A stretch of 64,000 nt of DNA, taken from contig CBDCJO010000002.1 of the NCBI GenBank assembly GCA_965217865.1, forward strand, positions 4,768,001 to 4,832,000, given 5' to 3'. A program made the translations under genes and the position numbers. The notes under the pieces are model-generated. The model did no database searches, had not been told where the DNA came from, and worked only from the letters and a program-made list of their open reading frames with translations. The stretch's first letter is position 1. Each line of letters starts with the position of its first letter. Origin of the DNA: Candidatus Latescibacterota bacterium (GTDB lineage: Bacteria > Latescibacterota > UBA2968 > SICM01). Of this stretch, positions 40,522 to 51,008 are shown piece by piece.

Positions 40522-43041
40522 TCACTCCACAGTCCTGCCAAACTGTTCGGCGAAAAGGAAGAAGTCTGAAAAGTCGATGTTTCCGTCTGTGTTGAGGTCG
40601 AAACGGTCATCGAAGAGGGACTCGCCGTCCGAGGTCCCGAAGACCGTCGCGAAGAGGAAGAAGTCGGAAAGCCCCACCTTTCCGCTTCCGTCGAAATCAG
40701 CGGCAGTTATGAGGCTATTGTCGAACTCAACAAGAATATTACGATTTCGAAACGCGATGTCACGAGGGCCTTCTGGGAGGCTGAGTGTGCGAAGTATGAG
40801 GTGGGTGTTCACATCGATGACGATCAGGTTGTCGGAGTCCTGATTGGCCAGGTATATCGAGCTCCCGTCCGCGGTGACGGCGATCCCCCTTGTGTTCTGG
40901 CCGGGGACGGGTATCACACGTTGGACCCGGTTGGTTGCGGTGTCGATTATGATCAGGTTATTCGTGAAGTCGGACACGAAGGCCGTTTTGCCGTCCCGGG
41001 AGACCACGATCCCGAAAGCCCTCGCGGTGGGCGCCAAATCCACGGTCGCGACCACGGTGTCCGCCGCCGTGTTGACGACAGAGACACCCGCTCCCTCGGA
41101 CAACCCCGTTACGTAAAGGCGTTTCTCATCAGGTGCCAGGGCAAGAGATCGCGGTTGTGAAACAACGGGGATTCGAGCGACTTCTGTCCCGACGTCGGGG
41201 TCGAGGACGACGACGACATTTTCGTCTATGTTGGTCACATAGATGCGCCTCCTGCGGGAGGAGACCGCGATACCATAGGGGCCTGCCCCGGAGGCGCCCC
41301 GGAAGGATATTTTGCGGACGTGTTCGCCTCTGTCCAGATCGATGACGGAGACCGTTCCTTCATCGGTGTTGTTGACGTAGAGGAATTTTGCATCGGCTGA
41401 AGGTGCCAGGTTCACCGGATCCCGTCCGACGGGTACGGTTGCGAAGACCCGGTTGGTGGCTGTTTCGATCAGGGTCACGCTGTTGCTGATCCGGTTTGCG
41501 ACGCAGATCAGTTTTTCGTCCGGGGTGATGGTCAGGCCGATGGGGTCCTCTCCGACGGAGATTCGAGCGACCTCTACAAGGGAGGAGGGGTCGGGACCGG
41601 TGTCGAGGACGGAGACCTCATTCGACTCTCGCATGGCCACATAGGCGATGGGTTTCCCGGAGAGGTCGAGGATCTTTAACCGAAGGGGTGGGGCGCTCCC
41701 GGTCGGGAAGGTCGAGACGTTCCCATCCGAGTCAATGGCTTCGATATGATATTCTATGGAGGTTCCCCGACTTTGTCCAGGAATTTCTCCTACGTAAATC
41801 CCCCCGGACCCATCCAGACGCATGGGCAGGGAGGTAGGGATCTCATCTCCCGATTCGTAAATGAGGGTAACATTGGAGAGGCCGATGTTATCCGTGACAA
41901 ATGCGCTGACAGCATATGGCCCCTCGGGATCCGGCGTGTTGGCCGGGGATTGAACTTCCCTGATGACCGGGAATCCAGGAACGAATAAGCCGGTGATGAA
42001 GTTGATGTCCCTCAACGTTTGGCCCCCCTGTATGCGGAGCTCCTCCCCCTGAATTCGATCGGGGACATTATCATAAAATTCCGGGGAAAAGTTGGTCTCG
42101 AATCGTTGCCGGAAGAAGATTCCGCTGAAATTCGAGGAGTTGATCGAGCCATTCAAGGGTTCAACTCCAACCGTATAGCGACCGGGCTCTAGCCCGATAA
42201 GTGCGTATTCCCCTCCTCCTTCCGGACCCATCAGGTATCCCGAAATTCCGCTAACGACAAAATTTCCGGTCGGATCGTATGCCACCACGTGAACGCCGAA
42301 AGCCCCGGCCCCGTCAGGCGTCGTCACGGTCCCTGAGATGCGGCCCGTTAAACTGAATTCCAAAGAGGGATAGAGAAAACCGACAGCCGCGATGTCGTCG
42401 GGTTTGAGCGTCCGGGTAGTGCCCTGGATCTCGAAATTGGTGAAGGGGTTCATCGTCGGCCTGCGGAGGGCCGGGCCGATCAGACCGGTATGGTCGATCC
42501 CGAGGAGATGGCCGATCTCGTGGGTGGCCACATCCTGAAGGTCTACGAAGGGATAACGGAGGAGCTGGGGGTTTGTCAGACTGAAACGGAAATCCCGGCC
42601 GTTGAAGACGATGTCTGTGTCGAAGATCTCACCCGTCCGATCGTCGGAATTGACACGCGTTAAGGCAACGATTCCTGCATCGCGTGGGGCGCTGACCTGT
42701 GCCCCGGTCTCATCGAAGGTGAGGACATTTTGCCCATCGCGTGAGCTGACAATCGGGGAATCCGCAGTCCCGCGGTCTTCGAATCTCATGGAAGTCACAG
42801 GCTGGGACGCCCACTGATTGAAGGAAGCCCTCAAGGTTCTAAAAGTGGCCTCCTTGTCGGGGATATCTTGGGATCCCCGGCTGTCGATGATGAACCGGAT
42901 CCCCCTTTGAGCCGTCAGATCGGGCCATCGGAGCTGTTTGTATTGGTCGTTCGGTCCTCGGGCGGTTTGGATGACAAATCCGGGCAGATCGACCGGGTAA
43001 AGGGGGATAATGAAAAGGGCAATCAGGAGGATCCGGGGCAT
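40522..43041 (-). CDS. Secreted matrixin-type metallopeptidase with YVTN beta-propeller and dockerin/EF-hand-like C-terminus
   Basis: HEIGHLLGIDH with Met-turn; propeller repeats; DFDGSGKVGLSDF and DLNTDGNIDFSDF. Confidence 0.85.
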   Translation of the reverse strand: MPRILLIALFIIPLYPVDLPGFVIQTARGPNDQYKQLRWPDLTAQRGIRFIIDSRGSQDIPDKEATFRTLRASFNQWASQPVTSMRFEDRGTADSPIVSSRDGQNVLTFDETGAQVSAPRDAGIVALTRVNSDDRTGEIFDTDIVFNGRDFRFSLTNPQLLRYPFVDLQDVATHEIGHLLGIDHTGLIGPALRRPTMNPFTNFEIQGTTRTLKPDDIAAVGFLYPSLEFSLTGRISGTVTTPDGAGAFGVHVVAYDPTGNFVVSGISGYLMGPEGGGEYALIGLEPGRYTVGVEPLNGSINSSNFSGIFFRQRFETNFSPEFYDNVPDRIQGEELRIQGGQTLRDINFITGLFVPGFPVIREVQSPANTPDPEGPYAVSAFVTDNIGLSNVTLIYESGDEIPTSLPMRLDGSGGIYVGEIPGQSRGTSIEYHIEAIDSDGNVSTFPTGSAPPLRLKILDLSGKPIAYVAMRESNEVSVLDTGPDPSSLVEVARISVGEDPIGLTITPDEKLICVANRISNSVTLIETATNRVFATVPVGRDPVNLAPSADAKFLYVNNTDEGTVSVIDLDRGEHVRKISFRGASGAGPYGIAVSSRRRRIYVTNIDENVVVVLDPDVGTEVARIPVVSQPRSLALAPDEKRLYVTGLSEGAGVSVVNTAADTVVATVDLAPTARAFGIVVSRDGKTAFVSDFTNNLIIIDTATNRVQRVIPVPGQNTRGIAVTADGSSIYLANQDSDNLIVIDVNTHLILRTLSLPEGPRDIAFRNRNILVEFDNSLITAADFDGSGKVGLSDFFLFATVFGTSDGESLFDDRFDLNTDGNIDFSDFFLFAEQFGRTVE

Positions 43042-43154
43042 GGTCTTTTCGCAGTACCGGTTAATGAATCAGGTTTACAGATGATCGTGTTTCTCAGTCT
43101 GAACCTCAATTCGAATCTTCGTTGGTTTGATGCGCCAGAAGGGATTTCGTTCCC

Positions 43155-43568
43155 TCAATCCTCCTGCTGGTGAGTAGGGGAAGGATGGTCCTGGTCCACG
43201 GTCCAGAGGTCGAATTTTCCATCGCCATCAAGGTCCGACCATGCCTTCGCGAGGAACGATTTCGAGCCTGTAACCTCAACACGAAACTTATAAGGGAATG
43301 TGTCATCCAGTTGGAGGACATCGGCATTTATTTCGTTGTCGATCGGAAAGTAGGTGCCGTATTGTTCAAAATAGGTGCGCTCCAGCCGGTAAATCTGTTC
43401 GAGGAAGAGACGGGCTTTTTTCTGTTGTACCTCTTCATAGGTGTGGGTCGTGAAATAATAGACCGTAGCCACCGAGAAGACAAGACAGATGGTGAGGATC
43501 ACCAGGAGGTCTCTTCGATAAGACCTGTGCGGTTCAAAATATCGTGGACGGTAAGGCATCAAGATCAC
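43155..43568 (-). CDS. Pilin-like membrane protein
   Basis: TM segment followed by ARLFLEQIYRLERTYF...F.A.AWSDLDGDGKFDLWTVD, resembling a type IV pilin head; no prepilin cleavage motif. Confidence 0.55.
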   Translation of the reverse strand: MILMPYRPRYFEPHRSYRRDLLVILTICLVFSVATVYYFTTHTYEEVQQKKARLFLEQIYRLERTYFEQYGTYFPIDNEINADVLQLDDTFPYKFRVEVTGSKSFLAKAWSDLDGDGKFDLWTVDQDHPSPTHQQED

Positions 43569-43579
43569 CGCGGAGTGTC

Positions 43580-45316
43580 TTAAGGTCCCTCCGAATCCTT
43601 TTCTAAATCAGTTTCTTCTCCGTAATGCACGGTTTCGACGGAGAGATCCGCCCCTTCGGTCGTCCAGCGGGGGCGGACGGCGATCGGTTCGGATAGGATC
43701 CCGAATGGTTCTGAGGGGAGAAAAGGGTTCGGGACGCCAGCGGTCCATGTTCCATCACCATTTATGTCCAAAAATCCGATTATGGTGTAGCTCCCTGGGG
43801 GGAGTTCCGGGATGACGTAATTTCCGGGTTGAGATAGCGTCGTTGTGCCTCCTACGTTATTTTCTTCCACGAGGACTGCGATCAGGTGGAGACTGCCTGG
43901 GACATCGCGCGGCCCCGAGATTTGACCGGCGATGTTTCCGAGACGTCCGCTGTCAACGGTCGTGAAGGAAAGCAAGATGTTTGAAGACAATCGATTGCCG
44001 GCGCCGTCCAGAAGTTTGTCCCCATCTCCGGAAAAATGATACGAACGGGTGGCCGCCCAGGAGGCCCCGGGGGTGAAGGTGAGTCGGTCGGGTGAAGACC
44101 AGTCAAATACGCCGGGGGGCACCTCCGTTGTATCCGAGGGAATCCACAGGGGAGAGACATCCGCGGTCCGCATCGGCTCAGAGAAAGTTATCTCGATCAC
44201 CTGATTCAGGGGAACATTTTTCGCCCCGGTCTTCGGTCGCAATGCCGCCACGGTGGGAGGTGATCGGTCGGGATTTTTTCTCCCTTTAAAGGTTCTCGTC
44301 TCGTCGGGTAACGTAACGGTCGAAACTCCCTGAGATGCAGTCATGTTTTCGATACGGTATAAAGCCCCGGGACTCTGTACCCGGGTGAGAAGCAAAGCCC
44401 GGGAAGAGTCCCCCGGATCGAGGTGGATCGCCAGGATTCCCAGCGAATCTTTTTCGCCGGATACGATGACTTTCATCCGGGATGTCACGGGCCGGTTGAA
44501 CCTTAGCACCACGTGCGTACGGTCGATCGCCTTCGAGGAGGTCAATCGGATCTTCTTTGAAGGGTGAAGGGTGGAACGGAAACCTCCCAGATGCGCGACT
44601 GTCCCCGAATCCCCCAGAGAGGCATCGGCGGGGGGAATTGAGAACGGGTCCACCCCGGGTGAATAAGCCCGGTCCCGATCCCTGTCCTCAAAAGCAAAGG
44701 TTCGATAGCGCCCTGAAGACAGACGGGGAAACCGAAAGGTTCCGTCCGAGGCGGCCTGGGTCGTGTAATCCGGGGAGTCATTTTCAGGATCGGGGTCTGG
44801 ACGAACCGTAAGGTCGTAGGAGATCACATAAACTTGGGATCGCCCCCTATCCAATGTATGGACGCGCCCCCGAATCTCTCCCCGGGCGATCCGCTCCCCT
44901 GTCGAGAAGGCGAAATCATAGGAAGCCATCATGGGGTTTCCCATCTCGTCCCGACTTCCGGCCCCGACCGAAACCAGGTAGGTCCGGCCGGGGCGGAGAC
45001 CTCCAACCGGTTCCGCCTCCATCCTTTCTCCTTGCCATCGAAACTTCACTCCCTCCCGGGCGGCAGGGGAGAAAAAGAAGGATTCCTCCACGGATCGGCG
45101 ATCCATCTGCTCGGAGAATTGAATGAGAATCAGGTGATCGGGGGGAATTTTCGTGGCGTCAGAGGAGGGCCGGGTCAACACGACTTCCGGGGGGGTCCGG
45201 TCGGGGGGGCCTCCGGAGGGGGGCCCCTGGGAGGCACAGGAGAAACACAAAGACGTAAGGAACCAAATCAAACAGGAAAAATGAGGCAGCCCGGTTTCCA
45301 GCCTGCTCCGTTGCAT
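43580..45316 (-). CDS. Lipoprotein with Big_5/SbsA Ig-like domains
   Basis: FSCASQGPPSGGPPDRTPP and two FSE.M Ig motifs. Confidence 0.8.
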   Translation of the reverse strand: MQRSRLETGLPHFSCLIWFLTSLCFSCASQGPPSGGPPDRTPPEVVLTRPSSDATKIPPDHLILIQFSEQMDRRSVEESFFFSPAAREGVKFRWQGERMEAEPVGGLRPGRTYLVSVGAGSRDEMGNPMMASYDFAFSTGERIARGEIRGRVHTLDRGRSQVYVISYDLTVRPDPDPENDSPDYTTQAASDGTFRFPRLSSGRYRTFAFEDRDRDRAYSPGVDPFSIPPADASLGDSGTVAHLGGFRSTLHPSKKIRLTSSKAIDRTHVVLRFNRPVTSRMKVIVSGEKDSLGILAIHLDPGDSSRALLLTRVQSPGALYRIENMTASQGVSTVTLPDETRTFKGRKNPDRSPPTVAALRPKTGAKNVPLNQVIEITFSEPMRTADVSPLWIPSDTTEVPPGVFDWSSPDRLTFTPGASWAATRSYHFSGDGDKLLDGAGNRLSSNILLSFTTVDSGRLGNIAGQISGPRDVPGSLHLIAVLVEENNVGGTTTLSQPGNYVIPELPPGSYTIIGFLDINGDGTWTAGVPNPFLPSEPFGILSEPIAVRPRWTTEGADLSVETVHYGEETDLEKDSEGP

Positions 45317-45370
45317 TTCTCCTCCGATCTCCGTCCCTTTAACCTTGAACTCAGCGATTCGTACTGACCA

Positions 45371-46720
45371 TTAAAGTATATACCGGCTTAAATCGGTGTC
45401 CTTGACGATCCCCTCAAGCCGTTTCTTGACGTCCTTCTTCGTGATCCTGATCGACTTCTTCCGCCGATCCGGAACACTGTAGAGGATGTCTTCCAGAAGG
45501 GCGGTCATCACCGTGTGAAGCCTGCGGGCTCCGATGTTTTCATTGCGGGAATTGACCTGGTCCGCCACCCTTGCGATCTCGTTTGCCGCGTCGGCTGAGA
45601 AACTCAAGTTGACGTTTTCAGTCTTCAGCAAGGCCGAGTACTGACGGAGAAGGGCATTTTTGGGCTCCGTGAGGATCCGGAGGAAGTCCTCCGCCGTGAG
45701 GCTTTCCAGCTCAACCCGGATCGGGAAGCGCCCCTGGAGTTCGGGGATGAGGTCGGAGGGCTTCGAGGTGTGAAATGCCCCTGCGGCGATGAAAAGGACA
45801 TGATCCGTCCGGACCATGCCGTATTTGGTCATCACGCTGCTCCCCTCGATGATGGGGAGGATGTCCCTCTGCACACCTTCGCGGGATATGTCCGGACCCG
45901 CACCCTTGCCTGCCTCTCCGGCGATCTTGTCCAGCTCGTCGATGAATGCGATGCCGTTCTGCTCTACTCGTTGGATGGAATCGGAGATGACCGCGTCCAT
46001 GTCGATCAGTTTCTGAGATTCCTCCTGGAACAGTAGTTTACGTCCTTCGGGGACGGTGAGCCTTCGATGTTTGGTCTGGGCAGGAAGGATGCCACCGAAC
46101 ATCTCCCGAAGGTTGATCCCCATCTCCTCCAGGCCGATCGGAGAAAAGATCTCCACCATTGGGAAGCGTTCGCTTGGCAGATCCACCTCAAGGGTGCGGT
46201 GATCGAGTTTTCCCTCCCTGAATTGCGTCCTGAGGCGCTCCCGAGTACGTTTGTGCCGATTGATCGTGGCGGCCAGGACCTTTCCCTTTTTATTTTTTTC
46301 ATGGGGTGGGGGAAGCAAGATGTCGAGCAAACGCTCCTCGGCAAGCAGGTCGGCTTCGTCTTTAACCTTTTCCGTCCGCTCCGTCTTGACCATGGTGACC
46401 GAGAGGTCTGTAAGATCGCGTATCATCGATTCCACGTCCCGTCCGACATAACCCACCTCCGTATACTTGGAGGCCTCCACTTTGATGAAGGGGGCTTCCG
46501 CAAGATGGGCCAAGCGTCGGGCGATCTCGGTTTTTCCGACTCCTGTCGGTCCGATCATGATGATGTTATTCGGCATGATCTCCTCCCGGAGATCTTCCGG
46601 GACCTGTTGCCGGCGCCAGCGATTCCGTAGCGCGATGGCCACAGCCTTTTTTGCTTTATCCTGTCCGACGATGTATTTGTCCAGCTCCTGGACGATCTGC
46701 TTTGGGGTCAGGAAGTCCAA
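45371..46720 (-). CDS. hslU: ATP-dependent protease ATPase subunit HslU
   Basis: [29 protein letters not shown] and ENIGARRL motifs. Confidence 0.97.
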   Translation of the reverse strand: MDFLTPKQIVQELDKYIVGQDKAKKAVAIALRNRWRRQQVPEDLREEIMPNNIIMIGPTGVGKTEIARRLAHLAEAPFIKVEASKYTEVGYVGRDVESMIRDLTDLSVTMVKTERTEKVKDEADLLAEERLLDILLPPPHEKNKKGKVLAATINRHKRTRERLRTQFREGKLDHRTLEVDLPSERFPMVEIFSPIGLEEMGINLREMFGGILPAQTKHRRLTVPEGRKLLFQEESQKLIDMDAVISDSIQRVEQNGIAFIDELDKIAGEAGKGAGPDISREGVQRDILPIIEGSSVMTKYGMVRTDHVLFIAAGAFHTSKPSDLIPELQGRFPIRVELESLTAEDFLRILTEPKNALLRQYSALLKTENVNLSFSADAANEIARVADQVNSRNENIGARRLHTVMTALLEDILYSVPDRRKKSIRITKKDVKKRLEGIVKDTDLSRYIL

Positions 46721-46721
46721 T

Positions 46722-47261
46722 TTACAGATCCTCTATGATGATGTTGGTGTTGGTATAGAGACAGATCGACGCGGTGATTCGGAGGGACTTCTCGACGACA
46801 TCGTGGGAATTGAGCTTGGATGTCTCGAGATACGCTCTGGCGGCGGCAATGGCGTAGCCGGCGCCCGATCCGACTGCCACGATTCCGTCGTCGGGCTCGA
46901 TAACATCCCCTTCCCCCGAGATAATCAGGGATCGTTTGAGATCCGCCACGGCCATCAGGGCTTCGAGTCGTCGAAGGGCCCGGTCGGTCCGCCACTCCTT
47001 GGCGAGCTCCACGGCGGAACGCATGAGGTTTCCACGAAATTCTTCCAGTTTTGCTTCGAACTTATCGAGCAACGCCACGGCATCCGCGGAGGCGCCGGCA
47101 AAACCGGCCACGACCCGGTCTTGGTAGAGTTTGTGGACTTTCCGGGCCCGGTGTTTCATGACGGTGCCCCCCATGGACACCTGTCCGTCACCACCCATGG
47201 CGACTTTCCCCTTATGTCGAACACCGAGGATTGTTGTGGACCGAAGCAAGGCCATGGTCAT
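46722..47261 (-). CDS. hslV: ATP-dependent protease peptidase subunit HslV
   Basis: TTILGV, GDGQVS, GFAG, GSGAGYA and ICLYTN motifs. Confidence 0.97.
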   Translation of the reverse strand: MTMALLRSTTILGVRHKGKVAMGGDGQVSMGGTVMKHRARKVHKLYQDRVVAGFAGASADAVALLDKFEAKLEEFRGNLMRSAVELAKEWRTDRALRRLEALMAVADLKRSLIISGEGDVIEPDDGIVAVGSGAGYAIAAARAYLETSKLNSHDVVEKSLRITASICLYTNTNIIIEDL

Positions 47262-47428
47262 CCTGTTCGTTCAATTAAAAGGTAAAAAACAGACTTCCCC
47301 TCGGGGGAGGGGAGAGCGGGGTCAATTGAATTTCGGCTCAAGGAGAATGTTCCTGGAAGGGGGATAGGAGGTCGAACACTTCGGGGTTAAAAGGACATTG
47401 ACTTGATTGCCGCTCCCGGCTCTGCGTA

Positions 47429-48328
47429 TCACGCTCGGGGATGTGCCTGGCGGTAGATCTTCTTGATCTGTTCCACGCTAACGTGAGTATAGATCTGGGT
47501 TGTTGAGAGGGACGCGTGGCCCAGAAGGTCTTTGACTGCGTTCAGGTCCGCTCCTGCATTCAAGAGGTGGGTAGCAAAGGTATGCCGCAGGACGTGGGGC
47601 GTGAGCCGACGGCCGGTTGCCCTGAGGAGATGCTTTGCGACGATCTTTTGAATCCCTCGATCCGTCAGACGCCTTCCCCTTCGGTTCAGGAAAAGAGCGT
47701 TCGATTCAAGGGATTTTCCCCCGGGTGGAACAAGCCCGTTTCGTCGGTTGAGATAAAGGTGGAAGGCATCGGCCGCCTTTCTGCCGATCGGAACGATTCG
47801 CTCCTTATTACCCTTCCCGAGGACACGGACGGTTCCGGCGTGGGTATCCACATCGTCGATATCGAGGCCGGTTAGTTCGCTCAAGCGGATGCCTGAACCG
47901 TAAAACATTTCCATGATGGACCTGTCACGAAACCCCCATAGATCCTCCGGATACGACATCTCCACGGCGTTTTGTGCCTCTTTTTCACCCAGAAATCGCG
48001 GAAGCCGGCTCTCCAACTTGGGGGTCGGAATCCCGGCGGTGGGGTCTTGAGCCCCGCCGCAGGATAGCGACAGGTATCCGAAAAATGAGCGGAGCGTCGT
48101 AAGCGTCCGGGCGATCGAGCGCCTTTTATAACCCTTTCTCACCAGGTGAGCAAGGAAGGACCGGACAGATTGGCGGTCCACCTCGGACGATATCGGGCTG
48201 TCCCCCCTCTGGAGTTGAAGATAGGCGTTAAACTTCTGTAGGTCGTTTTTATAAGCCGCAACGGTCCGCGGAGAAAGGCCTCGCTCCTGCTTCAGGTAGC
48301 CCAGGAAATTTCGAATATCGTCGGTCAT
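47429..48328 (-). CDS. xerC: Tyrosine recombinase XerC
   Basis: GIRLSEL, GKGNKER, PHVLRHTFATH and LLGHASLSTTQIYTH motifs; topA-xerC-hslVU context. Confidence 0.9.
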   Translation of the reverse strand: MTDDIRNFLGYLKQERGLSPRTVAAYKNDLQKFNAYLQLQRGDSPISSEVDRQSVRSFLAHLVRKGYKRRSIARTLTTLRSFFGYLSLSCGGAQDPTAGIPTPKLESRLPRFLGEKEAQNAVEMSYPEDLWGFRDRSIMEMFYGSGIRLSELTGLDIDDVDTHAGTVRVLGKGNKERIVPIGRKAADAFHLYLNRRNGLVPPGGKSLESNALFLNRRGRRLTDRGIQKIVAKHLLRATGRRLTPHVLRHTFATHLLNAGADLNAVKDLLGHASLSTTQIYTHVSVEQIKKIYRQAHPRA

Positions 48329-50571
48329 GCGCTCGCCTTCAAGGCCTCCTCCTCATTCAAGGGGAAGGATGATTTACAGATGGGGCATTGCAGATATTCC
48401 CCCCGACGCTGCGAGGATCTGGCTTCCATGAAGGGTGCGTCGCAGTCCGGACAAGGCCGGTCCGCAGGGGGATACCACGTTGCGAAATCGCAGTCCGGCC
48501 ACTTGCTGCATCCGTAGAAGACTTTTCCCCTCTTGCTCTGCCGCTCGAGGAGCTGTCCGTCGCATTCCTTTTTCGGGCACGGATGTCCGATCGAGATCGG
48601 GCGGGTACTTCGGCAATCCGGATAGGCCGAACATGCCAGGAAGCGCCCGCGGGAACCGGTTTTTAAAACCATCGCGGCCCCGCACTTCTCACAGGTTTCA
48701 CCCTCGGCGATCTGTTGATCGTCCTCACCGTTCAGAGGCTTCGTGTTTTTACACGCAGGATATCCGGAACAGGCCATGAACCTTCCGTTGCGGCCCCACT
48801 TGATCACAAATTTTTGGCCGCACTTCTCGCAAACCTCATCGGTCTCTTCCTGTAGAGACCGCTTGAGTTCCGCTCCCTGGCTCTCCATTCGGGCGACGTC
48901 TTTCTCGAAGGGATCGTAGAACCCACGAACAACCGAAACCCACTCGTCCTCACCCGTTTCGACGCCGTCCAGGGACTCCTCCATCGAGGCGGTAAATTTT
49001 GTGTTGAAGATATCGGGAAAGGCTTTGACGAGCAAGGTGTTGACGGTCTTTCCGAGCTCTGTGGGCGTGAATCTTTTCTGCTCTCTGGAGACGTAGTCCC
49101 TGTCCAGGATGGTGCTTATAATCTGAGCGTAGGTGCTGGGCCGTCCGATTCCCTGAGCCTCCAGTTCCTTGACGATGGAGGCCTCGGTGTAACGTGGCGG
49201 TGGTTTGGTGAAGTGCTGTTCGGGATTGAGCGATATCAGCCGCAGGTCATCCCCGACCTTGAGCCCCTCCGGTATTTTCCGCTGCACCTCCTCGGCCTGA
49301 TCATCGGTTGCTTCGGTGTAGAGGACTGTGTACCCGCGGAATTTGACGACGAAACCCGTGGTCCTCAGGTTGTAGTTTCCGGCTTTAATGCTCACGGTGG
49401 TAACGTCCAACAGGGCGGGCTTCATCTGGGAAGCGATGAATCTGTCCCAGATGAGCTGATAGAGAGCGGCCTGGTCTTTGGTCAGGAAGCGTTTGATGGA
49501 TTTGGGCTGATGAGAGGCAGCGGTCGGCCTGATCGCCTCGTGGGCATCCTGAGCCCCTTTCCGGGTCTTGTAGGTTCGGGGTTTCGTCGGGACGTATTCG
49601 GGACCGAAAGCGGTGGCGATGTAGTCCCGGGCATCCGACACGGCTTCCGGGGCGAGGCGGGTGGAGTCGGTCCGCATGTATGTGATGAGACCGGTGGTCT
49701 CACCCTCAAGTTCGATCCCCTCGTAGAGTTGCTGAGCCACGACCATGGTCTTCTTGGCCGTAAAGTTCAGTTTGCGCACCGCATCCTGCTGAAGCGAACT
49801 CGTGATGAAGGGGGGAGAGGGGTTCCGCTTCTGTTCCTTAGTTTTGATATCCGAAATGCTGAAGTTTTCAGGACGCAGTTCCTCGACGATGCGTTCGGCG
49901 TCCGTAGATGTCGGGATCACGATCTTGGAGCGTCCTCTACTTGCGACCGTGGCTTGAAAGGATTCCCCACCCTGGGTGGACAGGTCCGCATCGATGGTCC
50001 AGTATTCGCGCTTGGCGAAGCTGAGGATCTCCTGTTCCCGATCACAAATCATACGAAGGGCGACGGATTGAACGCGGCCGGCACTCAGCCCTCGATGGAT
50101 CGTCTTCCAGAGGAGGGGGCTGACCTTGTATCCGACCAGTCTGTCGAGCACCCTTCTCGCCTGCTGGGCGTTGACCTTCCGCATGTCGATCTGATGGGGG
50201 GAGGAAATGCTGTTCAGGACCGCATTCTTTGTGATCTCGTTGAATACGATCCGCTTGATCTCCAGGCCATCCTGATTGATCTCGTGCCCAACGTGCCAGG
50301 CAATGGCCTCACCCTCTCTGTCGGGGTCGGTCGCCAAAAGGATTTCGTCCACTCCTTTCGCAGCGCTTTTGATCTGGCTGAGGACCTTTCCCTTCCCCTT
50401 TATAGTCTGGTATTTCGGCTGGAAGTCCTGCTCGACGTCGATCCCCAGGTCCTTTTCAGGGAGGTCACGGACGTGTCCCATGCAAGCAACCACCTTATAA
50501 TCTTTGCCAAGAAATTTATTGATGGTTTTTGCTTTTGCTGGAGATTCAACGATGACCAGAGATTTCGGCAT
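48325..50571 (-). CDS. topA: DNA topoisomerase I
   Basis: IVESPAKAKTI, ATDPDREGE, SAGRVQS and ITYMRTD motifs; C-terminal zinc ribbons. Confidence 0.98.
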   Translation of the reverse strand: MPKSLVIVESPAKAKTINKFLGKDYKVVACMGHVRDLPEKDLGIDVEQDFQPKYQTIKGKGKVLSQIKSAAKGVDEILLATDPDREGEAIAWHVGHEINQDGLEIKRIVFNEITKNAVLNSISSPHQIDMRKVNAQQARRVLDRLVGYKVSPLLWKTIHRGLSAGRVQSVALRMICDREQEILSFAKREYWTIDADLSTQGGESFQATVASRGRSKIVIPTSTDAERIVEELRPENFSISDIKTKEQKRNPSPPFITSSLQQDAVRKLNFTAKKTMVVAQQLYEGIELEGETTGLITYMRTDSTRLAPEAVSDARDYIATAFGPEYVPTKPRTYKTRKGAQDAHEAIRPTAASHQPKSIKRFLTKDQAALYQLIWDRFIASQMKPALLDVTTVSIKAGNYNLRTTGFVVKFRGYTVLYTEATDDQAEEVQRKIPEGLKVGDDLRLISLNPEQHFTKPPPRYTEASIVKELEAQGIGRPSTYAQIISTILDRDYVSREQKRFTPTELGKTVNTLLVKAFPDIFNTKFTASMEESLDGVETGEDEWVSVVRGFYDPFEKDVARMESQGAELKRSLQEETDEVCEKCGQKFVIKWGRNGRFMACSGYPACKNTKPLNGEDDQQIAEGETCEKCGAAMVLKTGSRGRFLACSAYPDCRSTRPISIGHPCPKKECDGQLLERQSKRGKVFYGCSKWPDCDFATWYPPADRPCPDCDAPFMEARSSQRRGEYLQCPICKSSFPLNEEEALKASA

Positions 50572-51008
50572 AGCCGCTCCTCATGGGGATCAGGGAGTCA
50601 TTTCGGATTTTGACGCGCAGAAAGGTAAAAAGGTTTCATTCAATCATAATCACACGATGGCGTAATCTTTCGCCCAAAACGAAAAAAGCCACTCGAACCA
50701 TCCGCCATAGAAGCGCAGAGAGCAGCCCTCGGGGTAGAAAGATTCAGGATATACAGGGTCAGGGATGGCGAACAGATGAAAAATAAGAACGGGTTGAAAA
50801 AAAGTCAAGAGAAAGTGTAGGCCAGGGTAATTGTGTCCTTTGTCACATTCGCAATTTTTGATTTTGTGCAAATTAGTTTCCATATCAACAATTTTGTCCC
50901 TGGCAGGGTCGCTTTGAATAACATCTTGGCCCTTGATAATGGGTTGTTGTATATTTTATAAATCCAAATCGTTAATGGTACAAGGTCTTAGAGAGTGGTT
51001 CATCGGTT

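Noticed and set aside
47429-48328. Prophage or island integrase
   Set aside because: Size and the topA-xerC-hslVU context indicate chromosomal XerC; no phage genes are nearby.
49213-50613. Long antisense ORFs (466 aa opposite topA; also 323 aa opposite the transposases, 36932-37981 and 25332-26237)
   Set aside because: Shadow frames of well-supported genes, with no recognisable motifs.
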